DNA of 64,000 bases from positions 1-64,000 of the forward strand of contig CAVRCJ010000020.1 in assembly GCA_963719515.1 (NCBI GenBank). The letters run 5' to 3'. The notes beneath the pieces were generated by a model. It was not told the DNA's origin, did not search any database, and was given only the letters and a program-made list of their open reading frames with translations. Each line of letters starts with the position of its first letter. Positions within the stretch are counted from its first letter, which is position 1. Positions 42,231 through 52,003 of this stretch are shown here, one piece after another. The translations under genes were made by a program, and so were the position numbers. This stretch comes from an uncultured cyanobacterium. GTDB taxonomy: Bacteria > Cyanobacteriota > Cyanobacteriia > CAKZMO01.

Positions 42231-42515
42231 CTACTGAGCCCCTCTTGAATTTCTCAAGCGAATCACCTGTCGTCGCATCTGCGCTGAGGCTTCGGTTTCC
42301 GACACGGCCTCAGCCTGCGCCTCGGCAGAAATTGGTTCTAGGTAGTCGTCAGGGCCACAGGCAAAGGCTTCTAGCAACCGCTCCAGCAGTCGCTCGCGAT
42401 CGCCTAAGAGCGCCTCGTCCTCAACCAGACGAAACTTGAGATGAACCTCGCAGTCATAGACGCCAACCACGGGTCGCGCCGACTGATGCTTTAGAGAATT
42501 AGATTTCCTGGCCAT
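42231..42515 (-). CDS. Small conserved cyanobacterial protein (resembles the Npun_R1517 family)
   Basis: GVYDCEVHLKFRLVE...DDYLE...MRRQVIRLRNS; family recalled from memory. Confidence 0.65.
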   Translation of the reverse strand: MARKSNSLKHQSARPVVGVYDCEVHLKFRLVEDEALLGDRERLLERLLEAFACGPDDYLEPISAEAQAEAVSETEASAQMRRQVIRLRNSRGAQ

Positions 42516-42964
42516 AAAACTCGTACTGATAGCGTAATAAAGATAGTTGGTGTCTAGCGCTATGTATTAGCAGCAGCACTTCCAGGTAGGGGCTCCTAGA
42601 GCGCAGTTTGGGACATTGGGATGAAGCACAGGGGCGGTGACGGAATGCCCTCGTCAGAAGTAGCTCGGACAGCGCTCAGGCTATACCGTCAACTGGAGGA
42701 AGTGCTGCCGACGCGTCCCTTAGAGATATGGACTACTTCTATCATTCTCTGAATCTTTGCCCAGCACGTCTATAAAGCATTCGTGAGGATCATGCAGAAA
42801 CACGTAATGATTTTGTGGCTACCCTGTGAGCCAGAGATTTGCTTAGCCTCTCAACCTTTCTTGGGCCAAAACAGGCGGCAGCCTAAGAAGGGTTTTCCTG
42901 ACAGAAATAGTCTACTAAAACCGCATGATATTCTGGCGTCACGTTCTTGTCGTAAGCCACCGCT

Positions 42965-43762
42965 ATGCGCTCTGTTAGTCGTGCCATTCGTATCGCCCAA
43001 ACCCTAATCGCTGTGTACTACGCCTACATGGTGGAATATCGTGCGGAGCTGATGTTTTGGGTGCTTTCAGGAAGTCTGCCGCTGATTCTCATGGGCGTTT
43101 GGACGGAAGCTGCTGCAGGAGGGCAGTTCGGCCTCTCCTCAATCGATTTTGCCCGCTACTTCATTGCCGTCTTTTTCGTCCGTCAGTTCAGCGTCGTTTG
43201 GGTAATTTGGGACTTTGAGCGCGAGGTCGTCGAGGGGAGACTTTCCTCCCGACTCCTACAGCCCCTCGACCCCGGGTGGCACCATCTGAGTTCTCACTTT
43301 GCCGAACGCTTTGCGCGGCTGCCGTTTATTGCGCTTGTGATTGGCCTATTTTTTGCCCTTTATCCCCAAGCAACCTGGCTACCCAGCCTGGGAACGGCGG
43401 CGTTAGTTGCGTTCATCATTGGCCTTGCCTTTGTGCTGCGGTTCGTAATTCAGTACACGTTCGCACTGTTCGCGTTTTGGACTGAGCGCGCTAGCGCCAT
43501 CGAAGATTTCTGGTATTTGCTGTATCTATTCCTCTCTGGCATGATTGCCCCGCTGGAAATCTTTCCTGCAGCGGTTCGCAACGTTATTGTCTGGCTGCCT
43601 TTTCCCTACCTCATTCACTTTCCAGCCAGTTTACTAGTGGGTCTACCAACCGACATTCCCCGCAGCCTCGCCATTATGACGGCCTGGATAGCCCTGTTCT
43701 TTGGCCTCAACCGCTGGCTATGGCGGCGAGGGCTCAAGCAGTATTCTGGGATGGGAGCTTGA
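42965..43762 (+). CDS. ABC-2 family transporter permease (DUF990-like)
   Basis: Six TM segments; YRAE, G.LS.RLLQPL, LSG.IAPL, GLKQYSGMGA. Confidence 0.88.
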   Translation: MRSVSRAIRIAQTLIAVYYAYMVEYRAELMFWVLSGSLPLILMGVWTEAAAGGQFGLSSIDFARYFIAVFFVRQFSVVWVIWDFEREVVEGRLSSRLLQPLDPGWHHLSSHFAERFARLPFIALVIGLFFALYPQATWLPSLGTAALVAFIIGLAFVLRFVIQYTFALFAFWTERASAIEDFWYLLYLFLSGMIAPLEIFPAAVRNVIVWLPFPYLIHFPASLLVGLPTDIPRSLAIMTAWIALFFGLNRWLWRRGLKQYSGMGA

Positions 43763-43769
43763 GCTGAGG

Positions 43770-44186
43770 CTATCTTACTACCAGCTCTGGATATCCCGTT
43801 TCGTCGTCAGGATGCCGGTAAAACTGCACTTGGAGGAGTACTCCAATCACCAGCTCAACAGTGGTGTAGATTTTACATCCCTCAAGTAGATGACCACCAT
43901 AGGTTTGGCCGCGCTTGTCGGAAACTGCAATGTGGATATGACACCCCTCTGGAGAAAGGGTCCCTCCCAAAGACACAATTTCGAAGTGGCCTTTTAAATT
44001 CATTCCCAAAGGCTGTCCAGCGAAGCGAATTGCCGCCTGCGTTAAGCTGCCGACGCAGGAAAGGATACAGGCCGCTTGCCAGCCCTGAGACTCAACCATC
44101 CGAGTTATCTCCCCTTTTAGATCCTGACCGGGGTAGAGGCGGAAAGCGATCGCCTTTATATCGGTAATAGGTATCGGCTGACTCAT
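43770..44186 (-). CDS. PPC/DUF296 domain protein
   Basis: RLYPGQDL, SCVGSL, FEIVSLGGTL, HIHI, GGHL. Confidence 0.92.
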   Translation of the reverse strand: MSQPIPITDIKAIAFRLYPGQDLKGEITRMVESQGWQAACILSCVGSLTQAAIRFAGQPLGMNLKGHFEIVSLGGTLSPEGCHIHIAVSDKRGQTYGGHLLEGCKIYTTVELVIGVLLQVQFYRHPDDETGYPELVVR

Positions 44187-44261
44187 ACTGCCTCCGTGAG
44201 ACCAATTTTGTTTATAGCGAGAGGGCCTCTGGCTTCAGCTTGTTGTCGGATTAGAAATTAG

Positions 44262-45113
44262 TCAAGGCAATACGCCGCTGAGATGAGTCAAAACCGGGTC
44301 GAGTCGCCTGACTTGGGCATTTAGCACAAGCTGAAGATGGCTGCGCGTCACGGTAATTGAGCGAATCGTCGTTGAGAATGACTCCGTCTCAATATGGCGC
44401 TGGCCGACAAGGTGGCCAGCCCACGTCAAAATAGCTGCTGTCTCTGCTAGAAGCGGCACCTGGCCCGGCTTGAAATAGGCCTTTTCCAAATAAACCAGTG
44501 TCGGCCTAGCACCGTTGGGAGCTTGCTGAGGTGGTATTGCTGTCGCCTCAGCCTGCCCCTTAGGGAGCGATTGGGAGGAGACCACCCGAAGGGTCCCCGA
44601 CGCTGCGATCGCCGGAGGCGACGCCGCTTGAACCGCCCCGTGGTGCTGTAGCTGAGCCTCCACGTCAAACTCAACCCGCTCGTCCTCCAAGCTACAGCTG
44701 GCCTGCTGCAGCTTTAGGGAAAAGGCCTGCTGCCGCTTAAGAAATACTATGGCTTCTAGCCACTGGCGTACCATTGGGGAGTTGAGAAGCCGGTTCAGAC
44801 TCTCCTCGCTGATCTTGAGGGCAACGTAGAGGTCCAGAGGCTTTTCTAGCCTCAACTGTCCCTGGACAGCGCCGGACAGCGATAGCGAGAGGCGAGCAAG
44901 GTCTAGGTCCAAAGAATCCAGTTTGAGGTCAGAGGTTAGCCACAGCCCCTTAGAGTGGATCGAAAGCCCCCCAGCCTCTCCCTGCAGCAGCTGCCCTAAC
45001 GCTACAGAACAATCGACTTCTATCTGCTCTGCATCGCTCAGCTGGCTGTAGAGTGCGACTTTGATGAGCTGATTGACCAACAGTTCAACAAACCCAGAAC
45101 TTTCGAAAATCAT
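44262..45113 (-). CDS. DUF2993/LmeA-like protein (start ATG 45113 assumed)
   Basis: LYSQLSDAEQIEV..LGQLLQGE, ISEESLNRLLNSP. Confidence 0.6.
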   Translation of the reverse strand: MIFESSGFVELLVNQLIKVALYSQLSDAEQIEVDCSVALGQLLQGEAGGLSIHSKGLWLTSDLKLDSLDLDLARLSLSLSGAVQGQLRLEKPLDLYVALKISEESLNRLLNSPMVRQWLEAIVFLKRQQAFSLKLQQASCSLEDERVEFDVEAQLQHHGAVQAASPPAIAASGTLRVVSSQSLPKGQAEATAIPPQQAPNGARPTLVYLEKAYFKPGQVPLLAETAAILTWAGHLVGQRHIETESFSTTIRSITVTRSHLQLVLNAQVRRLDPVLTHLSGVLP

Positions 45114-45409
45114 GAGTTCTGCCGAGAAGGGCGAGTGGGAGTTCGTCCTGAATGTCGTAATGATAGTGGGGACGGGAGCGATCGCTACTCGACCTGCAGC
45201 TAGAGATTCAAGCCCTAAAGTCTGCAGATTTGCATCAATAGACTTACGCAATTGAGCCAGGGCTTAAATTCCGTACAATCCCCGCCTTGCTTGTGACGAT
45301 ACGGGAGCAAGACTTATGCGATTTTGGGCTGAGCTCACCTAGGTGCGGCGTCAGCCCGCGGCAAGGGCGCGAGCGGAGTGTCGGCGATCGCGCTTCTACT
45401 GGCTCAGCG

Positions 45410-45916
45410 CTATCGCATCTCGGCCTTGGTGACCGAACCATTGGCCGCGACAGTCAGCTCTAGCGGACGCCCGGTTTCTGTCGCTTTGACCACCTGCCGG
45501 TATACCGAGTAGTTCGTGGGCACCGTCTGCTGTCCGCCATCGTTCCAGTAGGTGATAGTGTAGTCGACTCGCTTGAGGATTTCGGGAGTACCGATGCGCT
45601 CGCGGCGCTGCTGCCGGGCCTCTAGCTCGTCTACGGTGGGGCGAGGCGGCAGGGCAGGCCACCAAAGCCCTTTATCGTCGGGGCCGGTGACGGCAGCGCC
45701 AGGCATCTGGCCGTTGACGTTCTCTAGCGACGTGGCGGTCTCTTCAAACAGCTGAACCCTCGTATCTAGAGGGCGATCGCTCTCGCCGACGTACTCCACC
45801 TTCCAAACGTATTCGGTCGTGGCGGTGGCCTCGTAATCATTGCTCAGCTGCGCGTCACAGCCTAGCACCGTTAGGGCGACGGCGGCGATTGCACCCTGCC
45901 ATTTGAGTCTTTTCAT
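45410..45916 (-). CDS. Putative lipoprotein
   Basis: MKRLKWQGAIAAVALTVLGC signal peptide and lipobox; start set at ATG 45916. Confidence 0.75.
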   Translation of the reverse strand: MKRLKWQGAIAAVALTVLGCDAQLSNDYEATATTEYVWKVEYVGESDRPLDTRVQLFEETATSLENVNGQMPGAAVTGPDDKGLWWPALPPRPTVDELEARQQRRERIGTPEILKRVDYTITYWNDGGQQTVPTNYSVYRQVVKATETGRPLELTVAANGSVTKAEMR

Positions 45917-46005
45917 TGCGTTTGATTGCGTTTGTATGTTGCGTTGCCTTGAGACCATCTCTATGATTTCATCACGTTTGCTCAACCGGCATGTGCTAAA
46001 AGTGT

Positions 46006-46032
46006 GACAGTTTGGCAGAGACAGTTTGGCAG
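46006..46032. repeat. Direct repeat GACAGTTTGGCAG x2 in a divergent promoter
   Basis: Copies at 46006-46018 and 46020-46032. Confidence 0.75.
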
Positions 46033-46232
46033 GACGAGGTATACGGCTGTCCCCTCCACGCAGTACCAATCCAGTTTGAGTATGAGTAAGCATTAAGTAT
46101 AGGTAGTCTAGGTGAATCTGCTCCAAGTTTTCGCCCCTGCGAAAACGCTAGAATCGTTCCATGCCGTACCATTAAAGACCGTTATTACGGCTTCAACAGC
46201 ACCCGATAGTCTGCCTTCAAGAATTTTGACCG

Positions 46233-46895
46233 ATGCCAACGCCTTCAATCACCCCCACCTCAACCGCACCCACCGCTAGCCGGACTAGTCCCGTCACGGC
46301 GGTAGGGCTACTGCCAATTGTCGAAACCTTTCACTCTGTGCAAGGAGAGGGGGCCTGGGTCGGGGCAAGCGCCTTCTTCATTCGTCTAGCGGGCTGCGAC
46401 GTAGGCTGCCCCTGGTGCGACACCAAGCAGTCCTGGCATCGCCGTCATCCGCATCACGCTGTCTCCGAGCTAGTTGCAGCGGTCCAAGCTGCACAGCCTA
46501 AAATTGTGGTCATTACCGGCGGCGAACCGCTGCTGCACGACCTAGACCCACTGACCCGAGCCCTGAAGCGCTGCGCCCAGCAGGTCCACCTGGAGACCTC
46601 TGGAGCCCATCCTCTCAGCGGCGAATTCGACTGGATCACCTTCTCGCCTAAGCGCTTCAAGCCTCCCCATCCCAGCATTTATCCCCATGCCAGTGAGCTG
46701 AAGGTGGTGATCTCTGAAATAGAGGACTTCGAGTGGGCCGAAGCTCAAGCGGCTCAGGTCTCCCCAGACACCGTAAAGCTGCTGCAGCCCGAGTGGAACA
46801 GTCCCGATAGTCAAGGGTGGGTGATGGGCTACGTCAAGCAGCACCCCGACTGGCGCGTCAGCCTGCAAACCCATAAATTTCTGGGAGTGCGCTAG
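46233..46895 (+). CDS. queE: 7-carboxy-7-deazaguanine synthase (radical SAM)
   Basis: [30 protein letters not shown]. Confidence 0.95.
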   Translation: MPTPSITPTSTAPTASRTSPVTAVGLLPIVETFHSVQGEGAWVGASAFFIRLAGCDVGCPWCDTKQSWHRRHPHHAVSELVAAVQAAQPKIVVITGGEPLLHDLDPLTRALKRCAQQVHLETSGAHPLSGEFDWITFSPKRFKPPHPSIYPHASELKVVISEIEDFEWAEAQAAQVSPDTVKLLQPEWNSPDSQGWVMGYVKQHPDWRVSLQTHKFLGVR

Positions 46896-46897
46896 CG

Positions 46898-47617
46898 ATG
46901 CCCCCCGAAACCCGCAGGGCAGCCGGGCAGCCGAGCGCTGTGGTCCTCCTCTCCGGTGGGCTAGACTCTGCTACCGCCGCCGCCCAAGCGATCGCCGACG
47001 GCTATACCCCCGTGGCCCTCTCCCTCCGCTACGGCCAGCGCCACCACCGCGAGCTGCAGGCCGCTCAGCGGGTGGCGGCGGCCCTGAACATTCAGGTTCA
47101 CTACACTATCGACGTGAACCTAGGCCAGTGGGGCGGCTCCTCCCTCACCGATGTTACCCAGACCTTACCGCAAGACGGCCTCAAAACCGACGCAATTCCC
47201 TCTACCTACGTCCCCGGACGCAACACCGTGTTTGTCGCGATCGCCCTTTCTTTGGCCGAAGCGGTGGGGGCAGAAGCCATCTATCTCGGCATCAACGCTG
47301 TCGACTACTCGGGCTATCCCGACTGCCGTCCTGAATACCTTGCGGCCTTTCAGCATTTGGCCACTCTCTCCTCCAAAGCGGGCCTAGAGGGCCGCGCCCC
47401 CAAGCTCGTGGCTCCCCTAGTCCTGGACACCAAAGTCGACATTGTGCGCCGCGCCCTAGTCCTAGGCGTCCCCATTGCTGAAACCTGGTCCTGCTACGAA
47501 GGCGGCGACGAGCCCTGCGGCCTCTGCGACTCCTGCCGCATCCGCGATCGCGCCCTGATTGAGGCAGGGCACCCTGAACTGGCGACCGCCGCCGGACGTC
47601 AGGAGCGCCTATCGTAA
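46898..47617 (+). CDS. queC: 7-cyano-7-deazaguanine synthase
   Basis: [32 protein letters not shown]. Confidence 0.97.
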   Translation: MPPETRRAAGQPSAVVLLSGGLDSATAAAQAIADGYTPVALSLRYGQRHHRELQAAQRVAAALNIQVHYTIDVNLGQWGGSSLTDVTQTLPQDGLKTDAIPSTYVPGRNTVFVAIALSLAEAVGAEAIYLGINAVDYSGYPDCRPEYLAAFQHLATLSSKAGLEGRAPKLVAPLVLDTKVDIVRRALVLGVPIAETWSCYEGGDEPCGLCDSCRIRDRALIEAGHPELATAAGRQERLS

Positions 47618-47685
47618 GGCTCCCTGTCCCTCAGTAAGGGCAGATAGCCATTCGCCCCTAGCAGCCCCCCGACCGACCGATCGCC

Positions 47686-48234
47686 CTAATCAAACTCCGG
47701 TGCCCAGATGCTCGACACCTCCATTTCCCAACCCGGTAGAAGTTCAGGCACCGTGAAGCGATCGCCATCGCGCAAAACAACGACCTCTCCCCGGCTGCGA
47801 TGCACTTCGATGGTTTGGGTGCGGTAGTCCACCAAAGCGCCAACGATGGTGCCCAGGTTGATAAATTGCTGAATTTTGTCCCGCAGGGCATCGAGATCAT
47901 CGGTTTTAGAGCGCACCTCAAACATCAGGTCGGGCACCAGGTTGGCGAAATCTTCGGTAGTGCGCCGCATCCGCTCTGCTTTCACAAAGGAGGCGTCGGG
48001 CGCTCGGGTGTCTGTGGTGGCGTTGGGAAGCTTGAACCCTGCGCTAGACGCCGTAACCCGCCCTAGCTTGCGAGGTCGTACCCAAGCCCAAAGCTGAGCG
48101 ACGATGGCTGCGGCGATTTCGTCTGATTCAAATCCAGACGGACTCATGACAATGATGGCTCCACCCACTAGTTCTAAACGATGATTGGGGTGCTGATGCT
48201 GGAACTGTTTGAGGTCGTCAACAGTGAGAGTCAC
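47686..48234 (-). CDS. Uma2-family (DUF820) endonuclease
   Basis: ELVGG.IIVMSP, RAPDASF, PDLMFEVRS, LLPGW. Confidence 0.92.
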   Translation of the reverse strand: MTLTVDDLKQFQHQHPNHRLELVGGAIIVMSPSGFESDEIAAAIVAQLWAWVRPRKLGRVTASSAGFKLPNATTDTRAPDASFVKAERMRRTTEDFANLVPDLMFEVRSKTDDLDALRDKIQQFINLGTIVGALVDYRTQTIEVHRSRGEVVVLRDGDRFTVPELLPGWEMEVSSIWAPEFD

Positions 48235-48404
48235 AGTGCCCTCCGGAGCAGGTTTGCAAGCGTCAAGGGATGGAGCGATTGTGCTAGACCCACGCTCTGC
48301 GAGCGTAGCAAATCACAAACAGCGAATAATTTCTAGGATAGGCGATCGCTGTCTGTGAAAAATTTCCGTGCGACTGAAGCTCTGCGTCGATGCACCACCC
48401 AAGT

Positions 48405-48436
48405 CGGTGCGTCACCCTCGGGTGACAGCACCCTAC
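48405..48436 (-). repeat. GTAG-type REP palindrome
   Basis: Reverse complement GTAGGGTGCTGTCACCCGAGGGTGACGCACCG. Confidence 0.7.
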
Positions 48437-48558
48437 GGCGTTTCGGTTTTGCAAAGCTGCGCTAAAACAAAGGCAAACTAAACGCTTTAACTCCGACGCC
48501 AAAATCTGAACGCACCTAACCCCACAAACTCTCACAGGTAACGCCTTTTGGAGGAGTC

Positions 48559-48610
48559 CTAGAGGACGGTTGCGTCCTCTAGCGGGGGTTTGGGGGCAAG
48601 TGCCCCCCAG
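48559..48610. repeat. Double-hairpin element immediately downstream of the malic enzyme gene
   Basis: CTAGAGGACG-GTTG-CGTCCTCTAG, then GGGGGCA-AG-TGCCCCC. Confidence 0.6.
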
Positions 48611-48614
48611 AACC

Positions 48615-50003
48615 TCACCGCGCTACCCCATCCCGCACCGCCGCCCGCTGCACCGCTTCCGCCACCGTCATCGCCACCCGCAGGTCAAACACCGACGGCA
48701 CGATATGCTCAGGGCCGAGATCGTCAGCAGACACCAAAGAAGCGATCGCCTCTGCCGCCTCCAGATACATCGTGGTGGTCATCGCCTTGGCGCGGCAGTC
48801 CATTGCCCCACGAAACACCCCCGGAAAGGCCAGCACGTTGTTGATCTGGTTGGGGTAGTCGCTGCGCCCGGTGGCCATCACCGCCACCTTATCCATCACC
48901 AGCTCCGGCTGAATCTCGGGGATGGGGTTGGCCATAGCAAACACAATGGGATCTGCCGCCATCGAATCCACCATCTCCGGCGTCACCACCCCCGGCGCGC
49001 TCACCCCTAAAAACACGTCTGCTCCAGCCATGGCGTCCGCCAGCGAGCCGCTCTGCTCCACCGCCAGAGCCTGTTTCTGGGCCGTCAAATTCTCTCGACT
49101 GCGGCTGACAATCCCCTTAGAGTCGCACAGCACAATGTGTTGGCTACCGGCCTTCTGCAGCAGCTTGGCGATCGCGATTCCTGCCGCCCCAGCTCCGTTG
49201 ATGACGATGCGAATCTGGCCTAGGGATTTGTTCACCAGCTTCAGAGCGTTGATCAAGGCCGCCAAGGTCACGATGGCCGTACCGTTCTGATCGTCGTGAA
49301 AAACCGGAATATCTAGCTCCTGCTGCAGCCGCGACTCCACCTCAAAGCAGCGGGGAGCGGAAATATCCTCTAGGTTGACGCCGCCGAACACCGGGGATAA
49401 GTTCTTGACCGCCTCCACGATGGCGTCGGTATCCTGGCACCGCAGGCAAATAGGAAAGGCGTCTAGTCCCGCGAACGCCTTGAACAGCATTGCCTTGCCC
49501 TCCATCACCGGCAGCGCCGCCTCTGGCCCCAAATTGCCTAGCCCCAAAATGGCGCTGCCGTCGGTGACGATCGCCACCGTGTTGCGCTTGATCGTCAGCT
49601 CGTACACCCGCTCGGGGTCTTGGGCTATTGCCCTGCAGATGCGCCCCACGCCGGGGGTGTAGGCCATGGCCAAATCCCCCTGATTGGTAAAAGCAATCTT
49701 GCCCTCTACCGAGATTTTGCCCCCCTGGTGTAGGTTAAAGGTGCGATCGTAGGCGTCCAGTATGGTGATGTCGGGGAGAGCCTTTAGGGCAGAAACAATG
49801 GCGTCGGCATGCTCTGTGCTAGAGGCGTCAACAACCATTTCCCGCACCACCTGCTGACGGCTTTGCTCAACTAGATCAATGGTGCCAATACTGCCTCCCG
49901 CCTCGGCGATCGCCTGGGTAGCGCGGGCCAGCATACCCACTTGGTTGGGCATGGTGAGGCGAATCGTAAGGCTAAAACTGGGATTCGGGGTCAGACTGAC
50001 CAT
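48615..50003 (-). CDS. NAD(P)-dependent malic enzyme with N-terminal ACT domain
   Basis: AYTPGV, LPVMEGKA, VNLEDI, FHDDQ.GT, GAGAAG, FAMANP. Confidence 0.95.
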   Translation of the reverse strand: MVSLTPNPSFSLTIRLTMPNQVGMLARATQAIAEAGGSIGTIDLVEQSRQQVVREMVVDASSTEHADAIVSALKALPDITILDAYDRTFNLHQGGKISVEGKIAFTNQGDLAMAYTPGVGRICRAIAQDPERVYELTIKRNTVAIVTDGSAILGLGNLGPEAALPVMEGKAMLFKAFAGLDAFPICLRCQDTDAIVEAVKNLSPVFGGVNLEDISAPRCFEVESRLQQELDIPVFHDDQNGTAIVTLAALINALKLVNKSLGQIRIVINGAGAAGIAIAKLLQKAGSQHIVLCDSKGIVSRSRENLTAQKQALAVEQSGSLADAMAGADVFLGVSAPGVVTPEMVDSMAADPIVFAMANPIPEIQPELVMDKVAVMATGRSDYPNQINNVLAFPGVFRGAMDCRAKAMTTTMYLEAAEAIASLVSADDLGPEHIVPSVFDLRVAMTVAEAVQRAAVRDGVAR

Positions 50004-50139
50004 AGGTGATATTGATCGCTAAGATGATGAGCAGCAATGCTGTCCTTCACCCTAGCCCAGCGCTAGCGAAACCTCAAGATCCTGGCATCAAGATCTAGAC
50101 AGCCCTCGCTGACTCGACATCACCTCAGCCCAATCGATA

Positions 50140-50568
50140 ATGCCTCGTCTCCACGTCTCCACAGACATCCGCGCCGCCCGCCCGCAGGTGTGGGATGCCT
50201 TACTCGATAAGCGGCTGTGGCGTCATTGGAACACCTTTCTCTACGATCAAACGCCGAACGTCCCGCTTTCGCTAAACGCATCGGTTAAGCTAGCAATGCG
50301 GCGAGTTTCCAAAGAAACCAAAACCCAGTTCAGCGTGCGAGTGGTCTATCTAAGGCCTGAGGCCTGTCTGCGCTGGGTAGCGATCGCGCCGGGCTATCGC
50401 AGCGAGCACCAGTTCGAGCTAGAAGAAGGCGACGGCTACACGCGATACCACCATCAAGAGATGATTACTGGCCCTATGTCTCGATTAATTTTGCCGTTCA
50501 TCCGTCAAGATGAGCTGCGCGGTCTACGGCGCATGGCCCTAGAACTTAAGCGATACGTAGAGGTCTAA
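50140..50568 (+). CDS. SRPBCC domain protein
   Basis: I.A.R.QVWDAL.D...W..WN; C-terminal helix MALELKRYVE. Confidence 0.8.
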   Translation: MPRLHVSTDIRAARPQVWDALLDKRLWRHWNTFLYDQTPNVPLSLNASVKLAMRRVSKETKTQFSVRVVYLRPEACLRWVAIAPGYRSEHQFELEEGDGYTRYHHQEMITGPMSRLILPFIRQDELRGLRRMALELKRYVEV

Positions 50569-50573
50569 CAGCC

Positions 50574-51641
50574 TTGAAGCACAACAGTGCAGAGGACCGA
50601 TACCGGCGGCTGCGTCAGGAGATTTTCCTGGCCCTAGCCGTGCTGACGGGGATCACCACCATCGGCACCCTGGGCTACCACCTGATCGAGGGCTGGAGCT
50701 GGGTGGACTCGGCCTACATGACGATCATCACGATGTCCACCGTCGGGTTTACAGAGGTGCAGCCCCTCAGCCCCACCGGGCGATTGTTTACCATCACCCT
50801 CATTCTGCTAGGCGTTGTTAGCATTGGTTATATCGTCAACCACTTTACCGAAGCCGTCCTTCAGGGATCCTTTCAAGAAGGCATCCGGCTTCGTCAGCAG
50901 AGGCGTCTTGTGAGCAAGCTGAATCGACATTACATCATCTGCGGCTTTGGCCGCACGGGGCGAAATATTGCGCTGGAATTCGCGGCAGAGGGCATCGAGT
51001 TTATCGTCATCGATTTCTCACCGGAGGTGATTGCTCGGGCGCAGCAGCTCGACTACGTTGTTATTACGGGAGACGTAACGCTAGACGAGGTGCTGATGCG
51101 CGCGGGGATTGAGCGGGCGGCCTGCATCGTCGCGGCGCTGCCCTCTGACGCAGAGAATTTGTATACGGTGCTGTCGGCCAAAAGCCTCAACCCCGAGATT
51201 CGCACGATTGCCCGGGCCAATACGGAAGAAGCGGTGCAAAAACTGCAGCGGGGCGGGGCAGATGCGGTAGTTTCTCCCCATGTGACGGGGGGGCGGCGCA
51301 TGGCGGCAGCGGCCCTCCGTCCGCAGGTGATGGACTTTGTGGACGGCATCCTCACGGGCACCGATCGTTCCTTCTACATGGAGGAGTTTTTGCTAGACGC
51401 CACCAGCTCTCCCTGCGTGGGCCAAAGCCTGCGGCAGGCAAAGCTGCGATCGCGGTCGGGGGCGCTGGTGCTGGCCATCCGGCGAGCGGACGGTAACCTG
51501 ATTGCGGGGCCGATGGCGGAAGCGATGCTGGAGGCAGGGGACACGCTGATCTGTATGGGGACAGCGGAGCAGCTGCGATCGCTCAACCAAATCCTCAGTC
51601 CGCTGAAGGTTCGCACGACGCTGCGCCTGCCCAAGCACTAA
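50574..51641 (+). CDS. Potassium channel (2-TM pore + TrkA-N/TrkA-C)
   Basis: TMSTVGF filter, HYIICGFGRTG, RCK domains. Confidence 0.92.
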   Translation: MKHNSAEDRYRRLRQEIFLALAVLTGITTIGTLGYHLIEGWSWVDSAYMTIITMSTVGFTEVQPLSPTGRLFTITLILLGVVSIGYIVNHFTEAVLQGSFQEGIRLRQQRRLVSKLNRHYIICGFGRTGRNIALEFAAEGIEFIVIDFSPEVIARAQQLDYVVITGDVTLDEVLMRAGIERAACIVAALPSDAENLYTVLSAKSLNPEIRTIARANTEEAVQKLQRGGADAVVSPHVTGGRRMAAAALRPQVMDFVDGILTGTDRSFYMEEFLLDATSSPCVGQSLRQAKLRSRSGALVLAIRRADGNLIAGPMAEAMLEAGDTLICMGTAEQLRSLNQILSPLKVRTTLRLPKH

Positions 51642-52003
51642 TCCCGCGGGTCTGGAAATAGGCCGCGGGTAATCACAATCACCACGCCAAACACCTCCGC
51701 CACCGTAGCCCCGATATAAATTTCAACAATCCATCGATTGCGGTATTCCAGCTTTCCCAACCCCAGCAGAACAAATACAGCATTCATCACCAGCAGCTGC
51801 GACACCAAAATCCACATAAACCAGGTCGCATAGCGCTGACGCAGCTGTCGATCAGATCGGCGATCCTCCACGATTTCCGTAGTCAGCGGATCAGCAGGCT
51901 TGGTTTTGGGCGAGGTCTCAACCTGAGCTTTAATCAAACTTACGGCCTGCTCGGCATTGGTCAGCTCCCCAGCTGACTCAAAATTCACGTTGTCAAATGT
52001 CAT
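51638..52003 (-). CDS. Small two-TM membrane protein, translationally coupled to the IrrE gene
   Basis: Two hydrophobic helices (WFMWILVSQLLVMNAVFVLLGLG; IYIGATVAEVFGVVIVI); TGATG overlap. Confidence 0.8.
   Translation of the reverse strand: MTFDNVNFESAGELTNAEQAVSLIKAQVETSPKTKPADPLTTEIVEDRRSDRQLRQRYATWFMWILVSQLLVMNAVFVLLGLGKLEYRNRWIVEIYIGATVAEVFGVVIVITRGLFPDPRD

Noticed and set aside
42572..42707. 6S RNA or SRP RNA
   Set aside because: The overall shape is suggestive, but I cannot match it to the conserved cyanobacterial sequences; kept only as an unassigned structure.
46233..47617. queE/queC as a Dpd DNA-modification or defence island, or with a preQ1 riboswitch
   Set aside because: No dpdA/tgt paralogue is nearby and no recognisable aptamer is present; this fits ordinary queuosine biosynthesis.
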